A stretch of 62,800 bases of DNA from contig CAXGMH010000002.1 in the NCBI GenBank assembly GCA_964010795.1, positions 1 to 62,800 on the forward strand, read 5' to 3'. The stretch comes from an uncultured Alphaproteobacteria bacterium. Its GTDB lineage: Bacteria; Pseudomonadota; Alphaproteobacteria; Micavibrionales; UBA9664. Shown in pieces: positions 26,869 through 36,555 of the stretch. Position 1 is the first letter of the stretch; the number at the start of each line of letters is the position of its first letter. Position numbers and translations under genes: made by a program. A model generated the notes under the pieces. The model was given only the letters and a program-made list of their open reading frames with translations. It ran no database searches and was not told the DNA's origin.

Positions 26869-27615
26869 TAAAAAAGGAGAGATAAGTGCCCCATGCTCTG
26901 TGCAGCTCTCATGCAAATAGGGCAAGAACGCTTTAGCCGATTCGTCTGCGGTGATCGTCTCACCCGGGAAACCACCCGGAAAAGCATCTTGTAATAACTG
27001 TGTGTCAACAACTCCGGGGCGCATGAGGTTAACCTTCAGATAACTATCTTCAACCTCAGCCGCATATGTTTTCACAAGCGCCGATAACGCGGCTTTGGAT
27101 GCCGCATAGCCGCCCCAGTAAGCAGTGCATTTTTCCGCCATGCCCGAAGTCACAAAAAGAGCGCGGCCAGCATCACTTGCCCGTAAAAGAGGATCAAGCG
27201 TGCGAATAAGTCGTAAATTTGCCTCAACATTAACGCACAGAATTTCCTGCATCTTTTTCGGGTCAAGATGCGAAACAGGGGTCAACGGCCCAAGCATCCC
27301 TGCATTGGCCACCAGAATATCAAGTCCGCCAAAACGCTCCGCCAAATGCGGCCCCAGCGTATCTATCAATTCTCCCTTACGAAGGTCACAAGGAATAATT
27401 GTCGCATAGCCGTCACCCGGCATCTCGCGAATCTCATCATCCAGCTTTTCTAAAGCCCCGACCGTACGAGCCATCACAATCACATGAGCACCAGACTGTG
27501 CCAATAGCTTGGCCACAGCACGGCCAATGCCACGCGATGCGCCTGTGATAAGGGCTGTTTTACCTGAAAAGTCTAAATTGCTGATAGTGTCGCTCTCGCT
27601 CATACTCATATTCAC
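26866..27615 (-). CDS. Short-chain dehydrogenase/reductase family oxidoreductase
   Basis: Contains the TGASRGIG Rossmann motif, NAG, and the YAASK catalytic motif. Confidence 0.85.
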   Translation of the reverse strand: MNMSMSESDTISNLDFSGKTALITGASRGIGRAVAKLLAQSGAHVIVMARTVGALEKLDDEIREMPGDGYATIIPCDLRKGELIDTLGPHLAERFGGLDILVANAGMLGPLTPVSHLDPKKMQEILCVNVEANLRLIRTLDPLLRASDAGRALFVTSGMAEKCTAYWGGYAASKAALSALVKTYAAEVEDSYLKVNLMRPGVVDTQLLQDAFPGGFPGETITADESAKAFLPYLHESCTEHGALISPFL

Positions 27616-27643
27616 TTTGTTCCATTACTCTTCATATTTTTGA

Positions 27644-28549
27644 TCAAAAAGGAGAGAGCATTTGCTCGCGCTCCTCTAATGTCCGTGTGATCTTTGCAAT
27701 CACAATCATCACATCTTCGTTCTCAGCATAAGCAGGCAATGAGGCCTTTCCACGCAAGAAATTACGGACATCTTTATATTGTGTTCCGGCAGTGACAAAC
27801 AAACCTTCGAGCACTTCATGGACAGCCTGTTTTTTAAAGGCCTCGATATCCGCATTATTAATTTGCGCCTGTGTGATTTCACCATCAGTTTCTAAAAAGC
27901 GGTCAAAAAGTAACTGCAAGTACTCATCATCACCATTTGCGATATAAGCACCCCAGAAACGTTGAATATCTTCCGGCGAGTCCAGATCATCATCCAAAGG
28001 CGCGGGCAGTGGCTCAAACTGAGTGCCGTTCGGATACGACCAGTTCTGTTTACCTGACAACCAGGTGTCAATCATATCTGTCTGGCCTGCATGACGCATC
28101 GCCCGGATAAATGTTCCGGCCTGATACTGCGTCAACTCAAGCGAGTTCAGCCAATCCATAACCAATGTCGGATTATCGGCAAACAACGCCGATAGAAAAC
28201 CGATCACATAATGTTGCTCATGGGGCTCTTGATCCATATAACCATGATCGATCAGACGCTGCAGCATGATAGGCGTTAAAAATACCGGCTTATTGAGATA
28301 GTAATAATCCATATAACGCTGAAGCTTGAAATCCAGCTCCCATGGCTCTGGCTTTTCCATCTCAAGAGGGGACGCTTCGGACTGTGCGCGGTCACGATCG
28401 AGTGCGCCGAAACCGGGCATTTGCGCTCCAGCGCGCTGTTGCTGCATCAAAGAACGCATTGATTGCGACTGTGCCTGTGCATAGGCGTCAATGCTCAATG
28501 CAAGAACAGACAAAACAGACAAAGCTGTTACGAATAAGGTCATTCTCAT
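27644..28549 (-). CDS. Secreted hypothetical protein
   Basis: 301 aa with the signal peptide MRMTLFVTALSVLSVLALSIDAYA. Its ATG overlaps the purF TGA (ATGA). Confidence 0.55.
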   Translation of the reverse strand: MRMTLFVTALSVLSVLALSIDAYAQAQSQSMRSLMQQQRAGAQMPGFGALDRDRAQSEASPLEMEKPEPWELDFKLQRYMDYYYLNKPVFLTPIMLQRLIDHGYMDQEPHEQHYVIGFLSALFADNPTLVMDWLNSLELTQYQAGTFIRAMRHAGQTDMIDTWLSGKQNWSYPNGTQFEPLPAPLDDDLDSPEDIQRFWGAYIANGDDEYLQLLFDRFLETDGEITQAQINNADIEAFKKQAVHEVLEGLFVTAGTQYKDVRNFLRGKASLPAYAENEDVMIVIAKITRTLEEREQMLSPF

Positions 28550-30027
28550 TTCTGGACCTCCTTTAAGCTGGATACTTTTTTCGTATCTTGGGACGAGTCA
28601 AAATCCACCAAGGCAACAGGGTAATTACCGCTAAAACACGCATCACAAAACTGCGGGTTGGCATCGTTGCGCTCAACATTACCGACTGCGCGGTAAAGCC
28701 CCTCAATCGATATATAGGCCAGTGAATCAACGCCGATCTGTTCAGCGATCTCCTCAACCGAATAATTGTAAGCCATCAGACGGTCTTGCTCCGGTGTATC
28801 AATGCCGTAAAAACATCCATGCGTAATGGGCGGAGACGAAACGCGCATATGCACTTCACGCGCACCCGCTGCGCGCACCATCTCGACAATCTTGCGCGAT
28901 GTCGTGCCGCGCACGATCGAATCATCGACCAAAATAACGGATTTTCCTTCGATCAGGGCGCGATTGGCATTATGCTTGAGCTTAACGCCCAAATGCCTGA
29001 TTTTATCTGTCGGCTCGATAAATGTCCGCCCGACATAGTGATTGCGAATAATACCCATCTCATAGGGAAGCCCACTGGCCTGCGCATAACCCATCGCAGA
29101 AGGTACACCGCCATCAGGCACAGGTACAACAATTTCTCCGCCATCAACGGGCGCTTCCCGCGCAAGCTCGGCACCGATCTCTTTACGTGCCTTATAGACA
29201 GGACGGCCTTCGATCATACTGTCCGGACGGGCAAAATACACATATTCAAAAATACAGAATTTGCTTGATTGCTTACCAAAGGGGAAACGGCTCTCAAGCC
29301 CGTCTTCATTGATTAGAACCATCTCTCCCGGCTCAATCTCGCGGATTGCCGTTGCTCCGACAATATCAAGCGCGCAGGATTCAGACGCCAAAATGTAGCT
29401 GTCTTTTAGCTGGCCTAAGACTAAAGGCCTCAAACCATTTGTGTCGCGATAGCCAATCACACCGTCTTTGGACAGCACGACCATAGAACACGCGCCTTTA
29501 ATCTGAGCCATCGCGTCGGTAAAACGCTCAATCACCGTCTTGCCGCTACTACGCGCCATAAGATGGATCGCAACCTCTGTATCACTTGTTGACTGGAAAA
29601 TAGCACCGTCACGCACCAATGCCTGACGCAGGCTGTATGCATTGGTAAAGTTTCCGTTATGCGCAAGAGCCAGACCGCCTCCTTCAAGGTCGGCAAACAT
29701 CGGCTGTACGTTTCGCAAAACGGGCGTACCCGAGGTTGAATAACGATTATGGCCGATCGCCATATTCCCGGGAAGGCTATCAATCACCGTTTGTTGAGAA
29801 AATGTGGCATCAACAAGGCCGAGCGCCCGCTTGATATTAAAATCCTGCCCATCATAAGTAACGATCCCGCACGCTTCCTGACCGCGATGCTGTAGAGCAT
29901 GGAGCCCGAGCGCCGTCAACGCCGCAGCCCCCTCATGACCATAAACAGCATACACGCCGCATTCTTCTTTGAATTTATCATCCAGAGGATCAAATACGGC
30001 TTGTGTTTTATGGTCTTGTTTATTCAT
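28546..30027 (-). CDS. purF: Amidophosphoribosyltransferase
   Basis: Contains the N-terminal nucleophile context ECGVYAVYG, the PRPP-binding motif VILVDDSIVRGTT, and a C-terminal Cys cluster. Confidence 0.95.
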   Translation of the reverse strand: MNKQDHKTQAVFDPLDDKFKEECGVYAVYGHEGAAALTALGLHALQHRGQEACGIVTYDGQDFNIKRALGLVDATFSQQTVIDSLPGNMAIGHNRYSTSGTPVLRNVQPMFADLEGGGLALAHNGNFTNAYSLRQALVRDGAIFQSTSDTEVAIHLMARSSGKTVIERFTDAMAQIKGACSMVVLSKDGVIGYRDTNGLRPLVLGQLKDSYILASESCALDIVGATAIREIEPGEMVLINEDGLESRFPFGKQSSKFCIFEYVYFARPDSMIEGRPVYKARKEIGAELAREAPVDGGEIVVPVPDGGVPSAMGYAQASGLPYEMGIIRNHYVGRTFIEPTDKIRHLGVKLKHNANRALIEGKSVILVDDSIVRGTTSRKIVEMVRAAGAREVHMRVSSPPITHGCFYGIDTPEQDRLMAYNYSVEEIAEQIGVDSLAYISIEGLYRAVGNVERNDANPQFCDACFSGNYPVALVDFDSSQDTKKVSSLKEVQK

Positions 30028-30772
30028 TGAGATCCTGCTGGCTTGGCTCTTTTGTATTATTATTCAGCTCTTCTATTAAGCGGTTCATAATCGCTCTTTG
30101 TCCACCCTCATAAGCAGATTCGCGCGAAGACGACGTGTCACTGCCTGCCTGCCCTTCCTTACCGCTCTCTTCAGGTGGGCTGACTTCTTTCATTAAACGC
30201 TCGAGATTATCCTCTACTCGTGACTTCTCATCCGAGCTATCACTCTCTTCAGTATCGCCCGTATTGGGTAATAATTTCGTTAATGTCTCTGCCGTCCAGT
30301 CGAGATAATAATACGTCGCCGCAGGCTTCACATATTGCTCCTTCATCTCATCGCTCATAAAGATATGGAACGGCAAGTAAAGCAACCCTATCAAAACCAC
30401 GCCGCGCACAAATCCAAAGATAAGCCCGAGCGTACGGTCCAAAGCCCCAAGGCCGACTTTCTCTGCTGCCTCAGAGAGGAAATGCGACAACACGGATAAG
30501 GTAATAATAAACAAGACAAGAATACCGCCATAGGCGCCAACTTTCGCCACCAGTGAGATCGGTAGAACGCCGAATACAGCCTGTGAACCTTCGGCATTGG
30601 GGTCATGTAACATATTATACAAAGTAGGCTCGACATATGGCGCCAGTAAAAACGCCATAAACGCTGCACCGACAAGACCGAACACAGTCAGCACCTCTTT
30701 GATAAAGCCGCGGAAGAAAGCAATCGCCATCGAGACGATCAGAACAATAGAAATGACGATATCGATAATCAT
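30020..30772 (-). CDS. cvpA: CvpA family membrane protein
   Basis: The N-terminus DIVISIVLIVSMAIAFFRGFIKE and 4 TM helices fit CvpA. The gene lies immediately upstream of purF and overlaps it by 8 nt. Confidence 0.85.
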   Translation of the reverse strand: MIIDIVISIVLIVSMAIAFFRGFIKEVLTVFGLVGAAFMAFLLAPYVEPTLYNMLHDPNAEGSQAVFGVLPISLVAKVGAYGGILVLFIITLSVLSHFLSEAAEKVGLGALDRTLGLIFGFVRGVVLIGLLYLPFHIFMSDEMKEQYVKPAATYYYLDWTAETLTKLLPNTGDTEESDSSDEKSRVEDNLERLMKEVSPPEESGKEGQAGSDTSSSRESAYEGGQRAIMNRLIEELNNNTKEPSQQDLNE

Positions 30773-30851
30773 GTCTTAAGATTTAGGCAAATCGCTGGAC
30801 TTTTGCAAGGCAAAAGCCTACCTAAGACACTAGGGAAAGGATGGATTTGTT

Positions 30852-31838
30852 ATGAAAGCAATTATATTTGAAAATTTCGGTGCCGCCACGGACGTCTTGA
30901 ATGCTACCGAGATTGAAAAGCCACAGCCACAAAAAGGCGAAGTCCTCGTCCGCATACACACAAGCGGGGTTAATCCATCCGATGTAAAAAAAAGAGCCGG
31001 CTCTTTCCAAAATCTTCTTGATGACGGCTATGTTATTCCGCATAGCGACGGTGCCGGCATGATTGAAGCCGTAGGCGAGGGCGTTGATAAAAACAAAATC
31101 GGCCAAAAAGTATGGGTCTATCAGGCACAACATCGCCGCAGATTCGGCTCGGCCGCTCAGTATATTTGCCTACCCGAAGACCGTGCACCTGAACTGCCCG
31201 AAACCGTTGATTACGCAACAGGCGCTTGTTACGGCATCCCTGTTATGACCGCACATCGCTGTGTTTTTGCCGATGGCGATCCCAAAGGGCAAACAATTCT
31301 CGTCACGGGTGGAGCGGGCAAGGTTGGTTATTACGCGATACAATGGGCGGTTAAAGCAGGCGCCAATGTCATCGCCACGGCCAGCAATGACGAAGATGCC
31401 GCTCTTTGCAAATCCTTGGGCGCTACCCATATCGTCAATCACCGCGAAGAAGGGTGGGGTGGCCAGATCTTGGATTTACTCGACGGCGGTAAGGTTGACC
31501 GTGTGGTCGAGGTTGAATTCGGATATAATTTGACTGAGGTTTTAAAGGTCTTGCGTATCGGCGGCACGATTGCGACCTATTCATCGGCGCGTGCTATGAA
31601 CCCGACAATTCCTTTTTACAAGATGCTGTTTATGGATGTGACCACACGATTCGTGCTTGTTTATGATATGCCTGAGTCAGCAAAACAGCAGGCAATTTCT
31701 GACATTGCAAAGGCCGAAAAAGAAGGCTGGCTCAAACACCGAATTGCCAAACGATTCGCTTTTGATGACTGCGCCAAAGCCCATGAATTTGTCGAGGCCG
31801 GCTCGCCGGGCGGATGTGTTATTGTGGAAATTGATTAA
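30852..31838 (+). CDS. NADPH:quinone oxidoreductase-like medium-chain dehydrogenase
   Basis: 328 aa with a GroES-like N-terminal domain and the GGAGKVGYYAIQWA nucleotide-binding motif. Confidence 0.8.
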   Translation: MKAIIFENFGAATDVLNATEIEKPQPQKGEVLVRIHTSGVNPSDVKKRAGSFQNLLDDGYVIPHSDGAGMIEAVGEGVDKNKIGQKVWVYQAQHRRRFGSAAQYICLPEDRAPELPETVDYATGACYGIPVMTAHRCVFADGDPKGQTILVTGGAGKVGYYAIQWAVKAGANVIATASNDEDAALCKSLGATHIVNHREEGWGGQILDLLDGGKVDRVVEVEFGYNLTEVLKVLRIGGTIATYSSARAMNPTIPFYKMLFMDVTTRFVLVYDMPESAKQQAISDIAKAEKEGWLKHRIAKRFAFDDCAKAHEFVEAGSPGGCVIVEID

Positions 31839-31841
31839 ACT

Positions 31842-32390
31842 TTAAGGTGTTGGTGTATTACATTGCCCCGTTGCGCGGTAGCGCATTGTCTCCTCTCGAG
31901 AGTCCGTGAAACATACTGTCTCGCCGGTTTCTTCTTCATAGCGAGCGATTGCCTCTTCGATCAAACGGGCACGGAGATTAGTAGCAAGTTGCCCCCGTTC
32001 ATCGGAAGTGAGCCGATTCATTAAATTCGAAAGGTTGTTGTTTACACCGAATACTGCACCGCCCATGCGTCTCGAGAAGAAATAGCTATACAAATTTCCT
32101 GTAGAATAAGAAAAACCAGAAACATGGTCTTCACCCATAGTATTTGCGCCATTGAAACTATATGTCGATTCAGAGTGGGTTAGGAAAAAAAGCGCTTCAT
32201 GTTCGAAAACGTTGGAAAGCCAACGATTTTTATCATTAAATCCTTCAATAATTTCGAGCGTTTCTTTACCATTTATAAATCCAAGGTCTTCATTTATAGA
32301 AGCAATCGCATGGTTTTCAAGTATGACATGACATACTACCAAAAATGCAGAGGCAGCTACTACTATCGAAACCTTATCTTCATAATTCAT
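31842..32390 (-). CDS. Membrane-anchored hypothetical protein (cassette paralogue X1)
   Basis: 182 aa from ATG 32390 (AGGGGA 5 nt upstream). One N-terminal TM helix. The C-terminal 55 aa are about 88 percent identical to the product of 32784..33368. Confidence 0.6.
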   Translation of the reverse strand: MNYEDKVSIVVAASAFLVVCHVILENHAIASINEDLGFINGKETLEIIEGFNDKNRWLSNVFEHEALFFLTHSESTYSFNGANTMGEDHVSGFSYSTGNLYSYFFSRRMGGAVFGVNNNLSNLMNRLTSDERGQLATNLRARLIEEAIARYEEETGETVCFTDSREETMRYRATGQCNTPTP

Positions 32391-32458
32391 AATTTTCCCC
32401 TGGCTCATTCGAATGTCTCGGTAAGCTATCAACCAAAACAACAATATGTCAACAAAAA

Positions 32459-32728
32459 TCAATCGGCGGTTTTATGCTCTTTAGCGGTGGTGCCTGGGCG
32501 ACCGAGCATTGTCAGGAGGTCTGCGAGGCTGTCCATCTTAAGCACAGACAGGCTTTCGATTTTATCAGGCAGGGCTTTGCGCCCCTTGCCAGTCGGTGCG
32601 ATGCCGTGTTTAAAGCCAAGTTTTGCGGCCTCTTTCAGGCGTTGCTCTGCCTGCGCCACAGCGCGGATTTCTCCTGCCAAGCCGACCTCGCCAAACACAA
32701 CCGTGTCACCGTCATTTTCTACTCCCAT
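32459..32728 (-). pseudogene. Orphan duplicate of the last 82 codons of radA (possibly expressed as an 89-aa ORF)
   Basis: 32459-32707 aligns without gaps to 33438-33686. The translation is identical to the RadA C-terminus except for one residue (E for G). TTGACA-N17-TATGTT lies at 32769-32741. Confidence 0.8.
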
Positions 32729-32783
32729 ATATTTTTTTAGAACATAAAGCGAAAATAGCAATATGTCAAACATAATCAAACTC

Positions 32784-33368
32784 TTAAGGTGTTGGCCCAT
32801 TACATTGTCCTGTTGCGCGGTAGCGCACTGTCTCTTCTCTTGAATCGGTAAAACATACTGTCTCGCCGGTTTCTTCTTCATAGCGAGCGATTGTCTCTTC
32901 GATCAAACGCGCACGGAAATTAGTAGCAAGTTGGTCACGTTCATCGTTTGTTAAGCCTCGCATTCCATGTGTTATATCCTCATCAACATTAAAGGCTGTC
33001 CCATATAATTGCCGCATACCAAGAAGCGTAGACAAAGTCCCTGTTGCATGATTAAACCCTGTAACAGAGTCTTTGCCAAAATTATTGATGAAAACGGACC
33101 GATGCATCAATTCAGAGCCATTAATAATGCTTTGCGCCTCTTCAGTGAAAATATCAGATAGCCATTTTTCTCTGTCTTCAAAACCCTCAATCACTTCGAT
33201 GGTTTCAACACCGTTGATGTGGCCAAGTTTATCAGTGATAGAAATAACTTCTTCATCATCACTTGCGCCATCAAAAGAGACAACAATTGAAAAAAGGCCT
33301 GCACAAATTGACACAACGATCCCAGAAAACAAACCAAACCCCATAACCACAGATCTATCATCACTCAT
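32784..33368 (-). CDS. Membrane-anchored hypothetical protein (cassette paralogue X2)
   Basis: 194 aa. GAAGGTGA lies upstream of the ATG, and TTGACA at 33431-33426. One N-terminal TM helix and the conserved C-terminus RARLIEETIARYEEETGETVCFTDSREETVRYRATGQC. Confidence 0.65.
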   Translation of the reverse strand: MSDDRSVVMGFGLFSGIVVSICAGLFSIVVSFDGASDDEEVISITDKLGHINGVETIEVIEGFEDREKWLSDIFTEEAQSIINGSELMHRSVFINNFGKDSVTGFNHATGTLSTLLGMRQLYGTAFNVDEDITHGMRGLTNDERDQLATNFRARLIEETIARYEEETGETVCFTDSREETVRYRATGQCNGPTP

Positions 33369-33437
33369 ACATTTTCACCTTCATAAAATTATTAATTATG
33401 AATAACTATATATAAGTAGGCAATATGTCAATAAAAA

Positions 33438-34871
33438 TCAGTCGGCGGTTTTATGCCCTTTAGCGGTGGTGCCTGGGCGACCGAGCATGGTCAGGAGGTC
33501 TGCGAGGCTGTCCATCTTAAGCACAGACAGGCTTTCGATTTTATCAGGCAGGGCTTTGCGCCCCTTGCCAGTCGGTGCGATGCCGTGTTTAAAGCCAAGC
33601 TTAGCCGCCTCTTTCAGGCGTTGTTCGGCTTGCGCTACGGCGCGGATCTCGCCCGCCAAGCCAACCTCTCCAAACACAACCGTGTCAGAGGCCATTGGCT
33701 CGTTATTCATTGAGCTAATAAGCGCAGCGGCAACAGCCAGATCGGCGGCTGTCTCGCTCACACGGAAGCCACCGGCGATATTAAGATAAATGTCATGCTG
33801 ACTCAGCACGATCCCGCAACGCGCCTCAAGAACGGCTGTAATCATTGCCAAACGGTTGGAATCCCAACCAACAACGGCGCGGCGCGGTGTTGCAAAGCTG
33901 GTCGGCGCAACGAGTGCCTGCACCTCAACCAACACAGGGCGAGACCCTTCCATCCCCGCAAGAATACAACTGCCCGGTGCTTGGCCTTGGCGCTCGGAGA
34001 GGAACAGCTCGGACGGGTTGGCGACTTCCTGCAAGCCGTCTTGTGTCATGTCAAACACACCGATTTCATCAGTCGGACCAAAACGGTTCTTCACAGCACG
34101 CAAGATTCGAAAATGATGGCCGCGATCTCCTTCGAAATACAGGACGGTATCGACCATGTGCTCCAGCACACGCGGTCCGGCAATCATGCCTTCCTTAGTC
34201 ACATGACCGACAAGGACAATGGCGATATTATATTTCTTGGCGACTCGGATCAGTGCCTGAGACGACACACGCACCTGCGTCACCGTTCCGGGTGCTGAGT
34301 CGACATTATCGACATACATCGTTTGAATTGAATCGATAATAACCAGTTTCGGCTTGGTCTCTGCCTGTTCAAGAGATGTCACAATATCACGAATATTGGT
34401 CGCGGCCGCCAACCCAACAGGCGCTTTTTCAAGGCCTAAACGCGAAGCACGCAGGCGCACCTGATCGACCGCTTCCTCTCCGGAGATATAAAGACAACCC
34501 GTCTTTTGCGCAGCCATTTTACATACTGCCTGTAGCAGCAAAGTCGATTTCCCGATCCCCGGATCTCCGCCAAGGAGGATACAACTCCCCGGCACAAGCC
34601 CGCCACCAAGCACACGGTTAAGCTCTTCAAGCTGTGTTGAAATCCTTGGCAACGTCTCGCCCTGCCCGTCAAGGGAGACAAAATCAATGCGTTGGCCTTT
34701 GGCCGTACTGCCTGCTCCGCTCGTTGTGGCTGACAATCCTTTTGGCGGCCCCGCCTCTATGCGCTCCTCTATCATTGAATTCCATGCGCCACAAGCTTCA
34801 CACTTGCCTGCCCATTTCTTCGCAACCGAGCCGCATGACTGACATATATATTGCAGTGAACTTTTTGCCAT
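33438..34871 (-). CDS. radA: DNA repair protein RadA/Sms
   Basis: Contains an N-terminal CxxC...CxxC zinc finger, the GDPGIGKST Walker A motif, KNRFG, and a Lon-protease-like C-terminal domain. Confidence 0.95.
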   Translation of the reverse strand: MAKSSLQYICQSCGSVAKKWAGKCEACGAWNSMIEERIEAGPPKGLSATTSGAGSTAKGQRIDFVSLDGQGETLPRISTQLEELNRVLGGGLVPGSCILLGGDPGIGKSTLLLQAVCKMAAQKTGCLYISGEEAVDQVRLRASRLGLEKAPVGLAAATNIRDIVTSLEQAETKPKLVIIDSIQTMYVDNVDSAPGTVTQVRVSSQALIRVAKKYNIAIVLVGHVTKEGMIAGPRVLEHMVDTVLYFEGDRGHHFRILRAVKNRFGPTDEIGVFDMTQDGLQEVANPSELFLSERQGQAPGSCILAGMEGSRPVLVEVQALVAPTSFATPRRAVVGWDSNRLAMITAVLEARCGIVLSQHDIYLNIAGGFRVSETAADLAVAAALISSMNNEPMASDTVVFGEVGLAGEIRAVAQAEQRLKEAAKLGFKHGIAPTGKGRKALPDKIESLSVLKMDSLADLLTMLGRPGTTAKGHKTAD

Positions 34872-34875
34872 AGGA

Positions 34876-36555
34876 CTAGCCCTCTCTTTGGAAGGCCCAT
34901 TTGATCGCAGTCTCTAAGCCATTTAGATTTCCTGAAAGGACAATCTGCATGGTTTTGCGCGGGGTGGCGCCGCGGCCGAGATAAATCGATTCCTCTAAGG
35001 CCAGCTGGCCACCGCGATGGAAAAAGCGCCAACCTTCACCCGATGGTACGCGGATGAGCGCCTCTGTACCTTCACGCACAAGCGAAACCTTGACCGATGG
35101 ATGTAAATGGAAGCGTACGGCATAATGATGTGCTCGGCCACTTTCGAAATCGCGCGTCAGGATATCTTCGCCGCGAAAATCCTCGCCATCCTCGGCCAGA
35201 TATAGACGGCGCTTATGCGTCACGCCATTGAGCGTATAGTATCCGTTATGCGTACTTTCGGCAAAGGCGGCCTGCCCCATATCTTTACGTTTGCAGCCAT
35301 GGGTCAGTGTATTGGTTCGCCCAACATGACCGCTTTCTTTAATTTCATAGGCATTACGGTCATCCATCGTCAAAGTTGTATGCGCAGGCGTACTCCGCAA
35401 AGCATACACCCAATCACTATCCGCAGGATGTGTCCCGCAATTCAAAATGATGCGGTGTTTCCCGCGTGTCATCTCAAAGGCAAGAGGCGCGGCGTGCAAA
35501 CGCTTATCATGGCCGTTCGAGGGCGTACGCCCCGTATCGAACATCACACGAGTCTTACCTTGCGATAAGCGTTCGAACCCGGTTTCCGGCAAACGGGAAC
35601 AGCTCTTGCCGCGCACTCCGGCACGTTTAATAATTAGGGAAAGAAGGTTTTCGGATCCCTCTTGCGTTCCATGAAAAACAGCCAGACGCCTATCGACATA
35701 GCGGAAAAAACGCATAGCGGGCAAAGCACGGTCAAGCGTCTGCTCGATTGTGGGGTGAACAGGATAATTCCCTGCCTTAAGGGCTGCGCGGATATCAAGA
35801 AGCACCATGATTGCCTCGACCAGATCGGCCGGAGAACGTGTCACACAGCCGCCATCAGACAAAATCAGCTTTGGCAAAGATGCTTTAAGCATAGACAGGC
35901 CTTGTTCAATACGGCTTTCCTGTCCTTGCAGCGATATCCCGCCATAAATCAAGCCTTTGGCTATATATAACACGCTAAGCGCGTCTTCATTCTGGCCGGC
36001 ATCAACGGTGGCAATACGGCATATATGTTTGAATTGTCGGCCAAGAGAGTCAAAAAATATGTGCTGAAAATGCTCATCCGCACTCGCACCAAAGAACTCG
36101 TATTGGCCAATCCAGTTTGAAATGCGTTGCCCCGTCAGTCCGGAATTCCAGCTTTCCGGAGACCATTTTCCATCACGCTCTATCCAGCCCAGTATCATTG
36201 ACCTCGCCTGTTTACGGCCGATATCACCACCCAGTGCCTTAAGGTCGCGCAACCAGTCAAAGCTTTGCTGGGCGCGCCAATGCGCCGCCGAATCTTGACG
36301 TTTGACCCAGACACAATCACTGGACTGAAACAATGCGCCTTGATGATCCAGAACATTATTACACAACCAGCGCCCACGCCCTGAATCCCCCGGCCAGACA
36401 TCAGATAAAGAGACAATAAAACGATGCTCGAGCTTTGTCGCCAAAGCCCAGTTATATATCGGCGAACCACAAGCAATCTCTTGCGCCCGGTCTTTGACAA
36501 GTCGGATTGTCGGCTGTATCCAGTTTTTTGCCCGTGCAAGCACTTGCATTCTCAT
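34876..36555 (-). CDS. Heparinase II/III family protein
   Basis: 559 aa. The length and the C-terminal [10 protein letters not shown]...ILNCGTH pattern fit the alphaproteobacterial heparinase II/III-like family. Confidence 0.65.
   Translation of the reverse strand: MRMQVLARAKNWIQPTIRLVKDRAQEIACGSPIYNWALATKLEHRFIVSLSDVWPGDSGRGRWLCNNVLDHQGALFQSSDCVWVKRQDSAAHWRAQQSFDWLRDLKALGGDIGRKQARSMILGWIERDGKWSPESWNSGLTGQRISNWIGQYEFFGASADEHFQHIFFDSLGRQFKHICRIATVDAGQNEDALSVLYIAKGLIYGGISLQGQESRIEQGLSMLKASLPKLILSDGGCVTRSPADLVEAIMVLLDIRAALKAGNYPVHPTIEQTLDRALPAMRFFRYVDRRLAVFHGTQEGSENLLSLIIKRAGVRGKSCSRLPETGFERLSQGKTRVMFDTGRTPSNGHDKRLHAAPLAFEMTRGKHRIILNCGTHPADSDWVYALRSTPAHTTLTMDDRNAYEIKESGHVGRTNTLTHGCKRKDMGQAAFAESTHNGYYTLNGVTHKRRLYLAEDGEDFRGEDILTRDFESGRAHHYAVRFHLHPSVKVSLVREGTEALIRVPSGEGWRFFHRGGQLALEESIYLGRGATPRKTMQIVLSGNLNGLETAIKWAFQREG

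Noticed and set aside
32729-32881. The upstream 51 codons of the 140-aa ORF 32459..32881.
   Set aside because: This part overlaps the 3' end of paralogue X2 out of frame and has no similarity to RadA. Only the radA-derived part from ATG 32728 is meaningful.
675-33431. The recurring TTTT(G/A)TTGACATA motif upstream of the lineage-specific minus-strand genes, considered as a dedicated regulon operator.
   Set aside because: The same TTGACAT element with a T-rich upstream tract is present at the candidate rRNA promoter (704-699) and the phasin promoter. It is more simply the strong housekeeping -35 consensus of this organism. Only the spacing to the start codons is reported as a finding.
33795-34298. 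Long antisense or out-of-frame ORFs inside well-supported genes. Examples are 33795..34298 in radA, 37545..38084 in rsmB, 38651..39325 in htpX, 41887..42378 and 42499..42915 in the CaCA gene, 18016..18486, 1489..1941 and 55581..55976.
   Set aside because: These are shadow ORFs opposite strongly motif-supported coding regions. They have Arg/Ser/Pro-rich composition typical of antisense frames and no start context.
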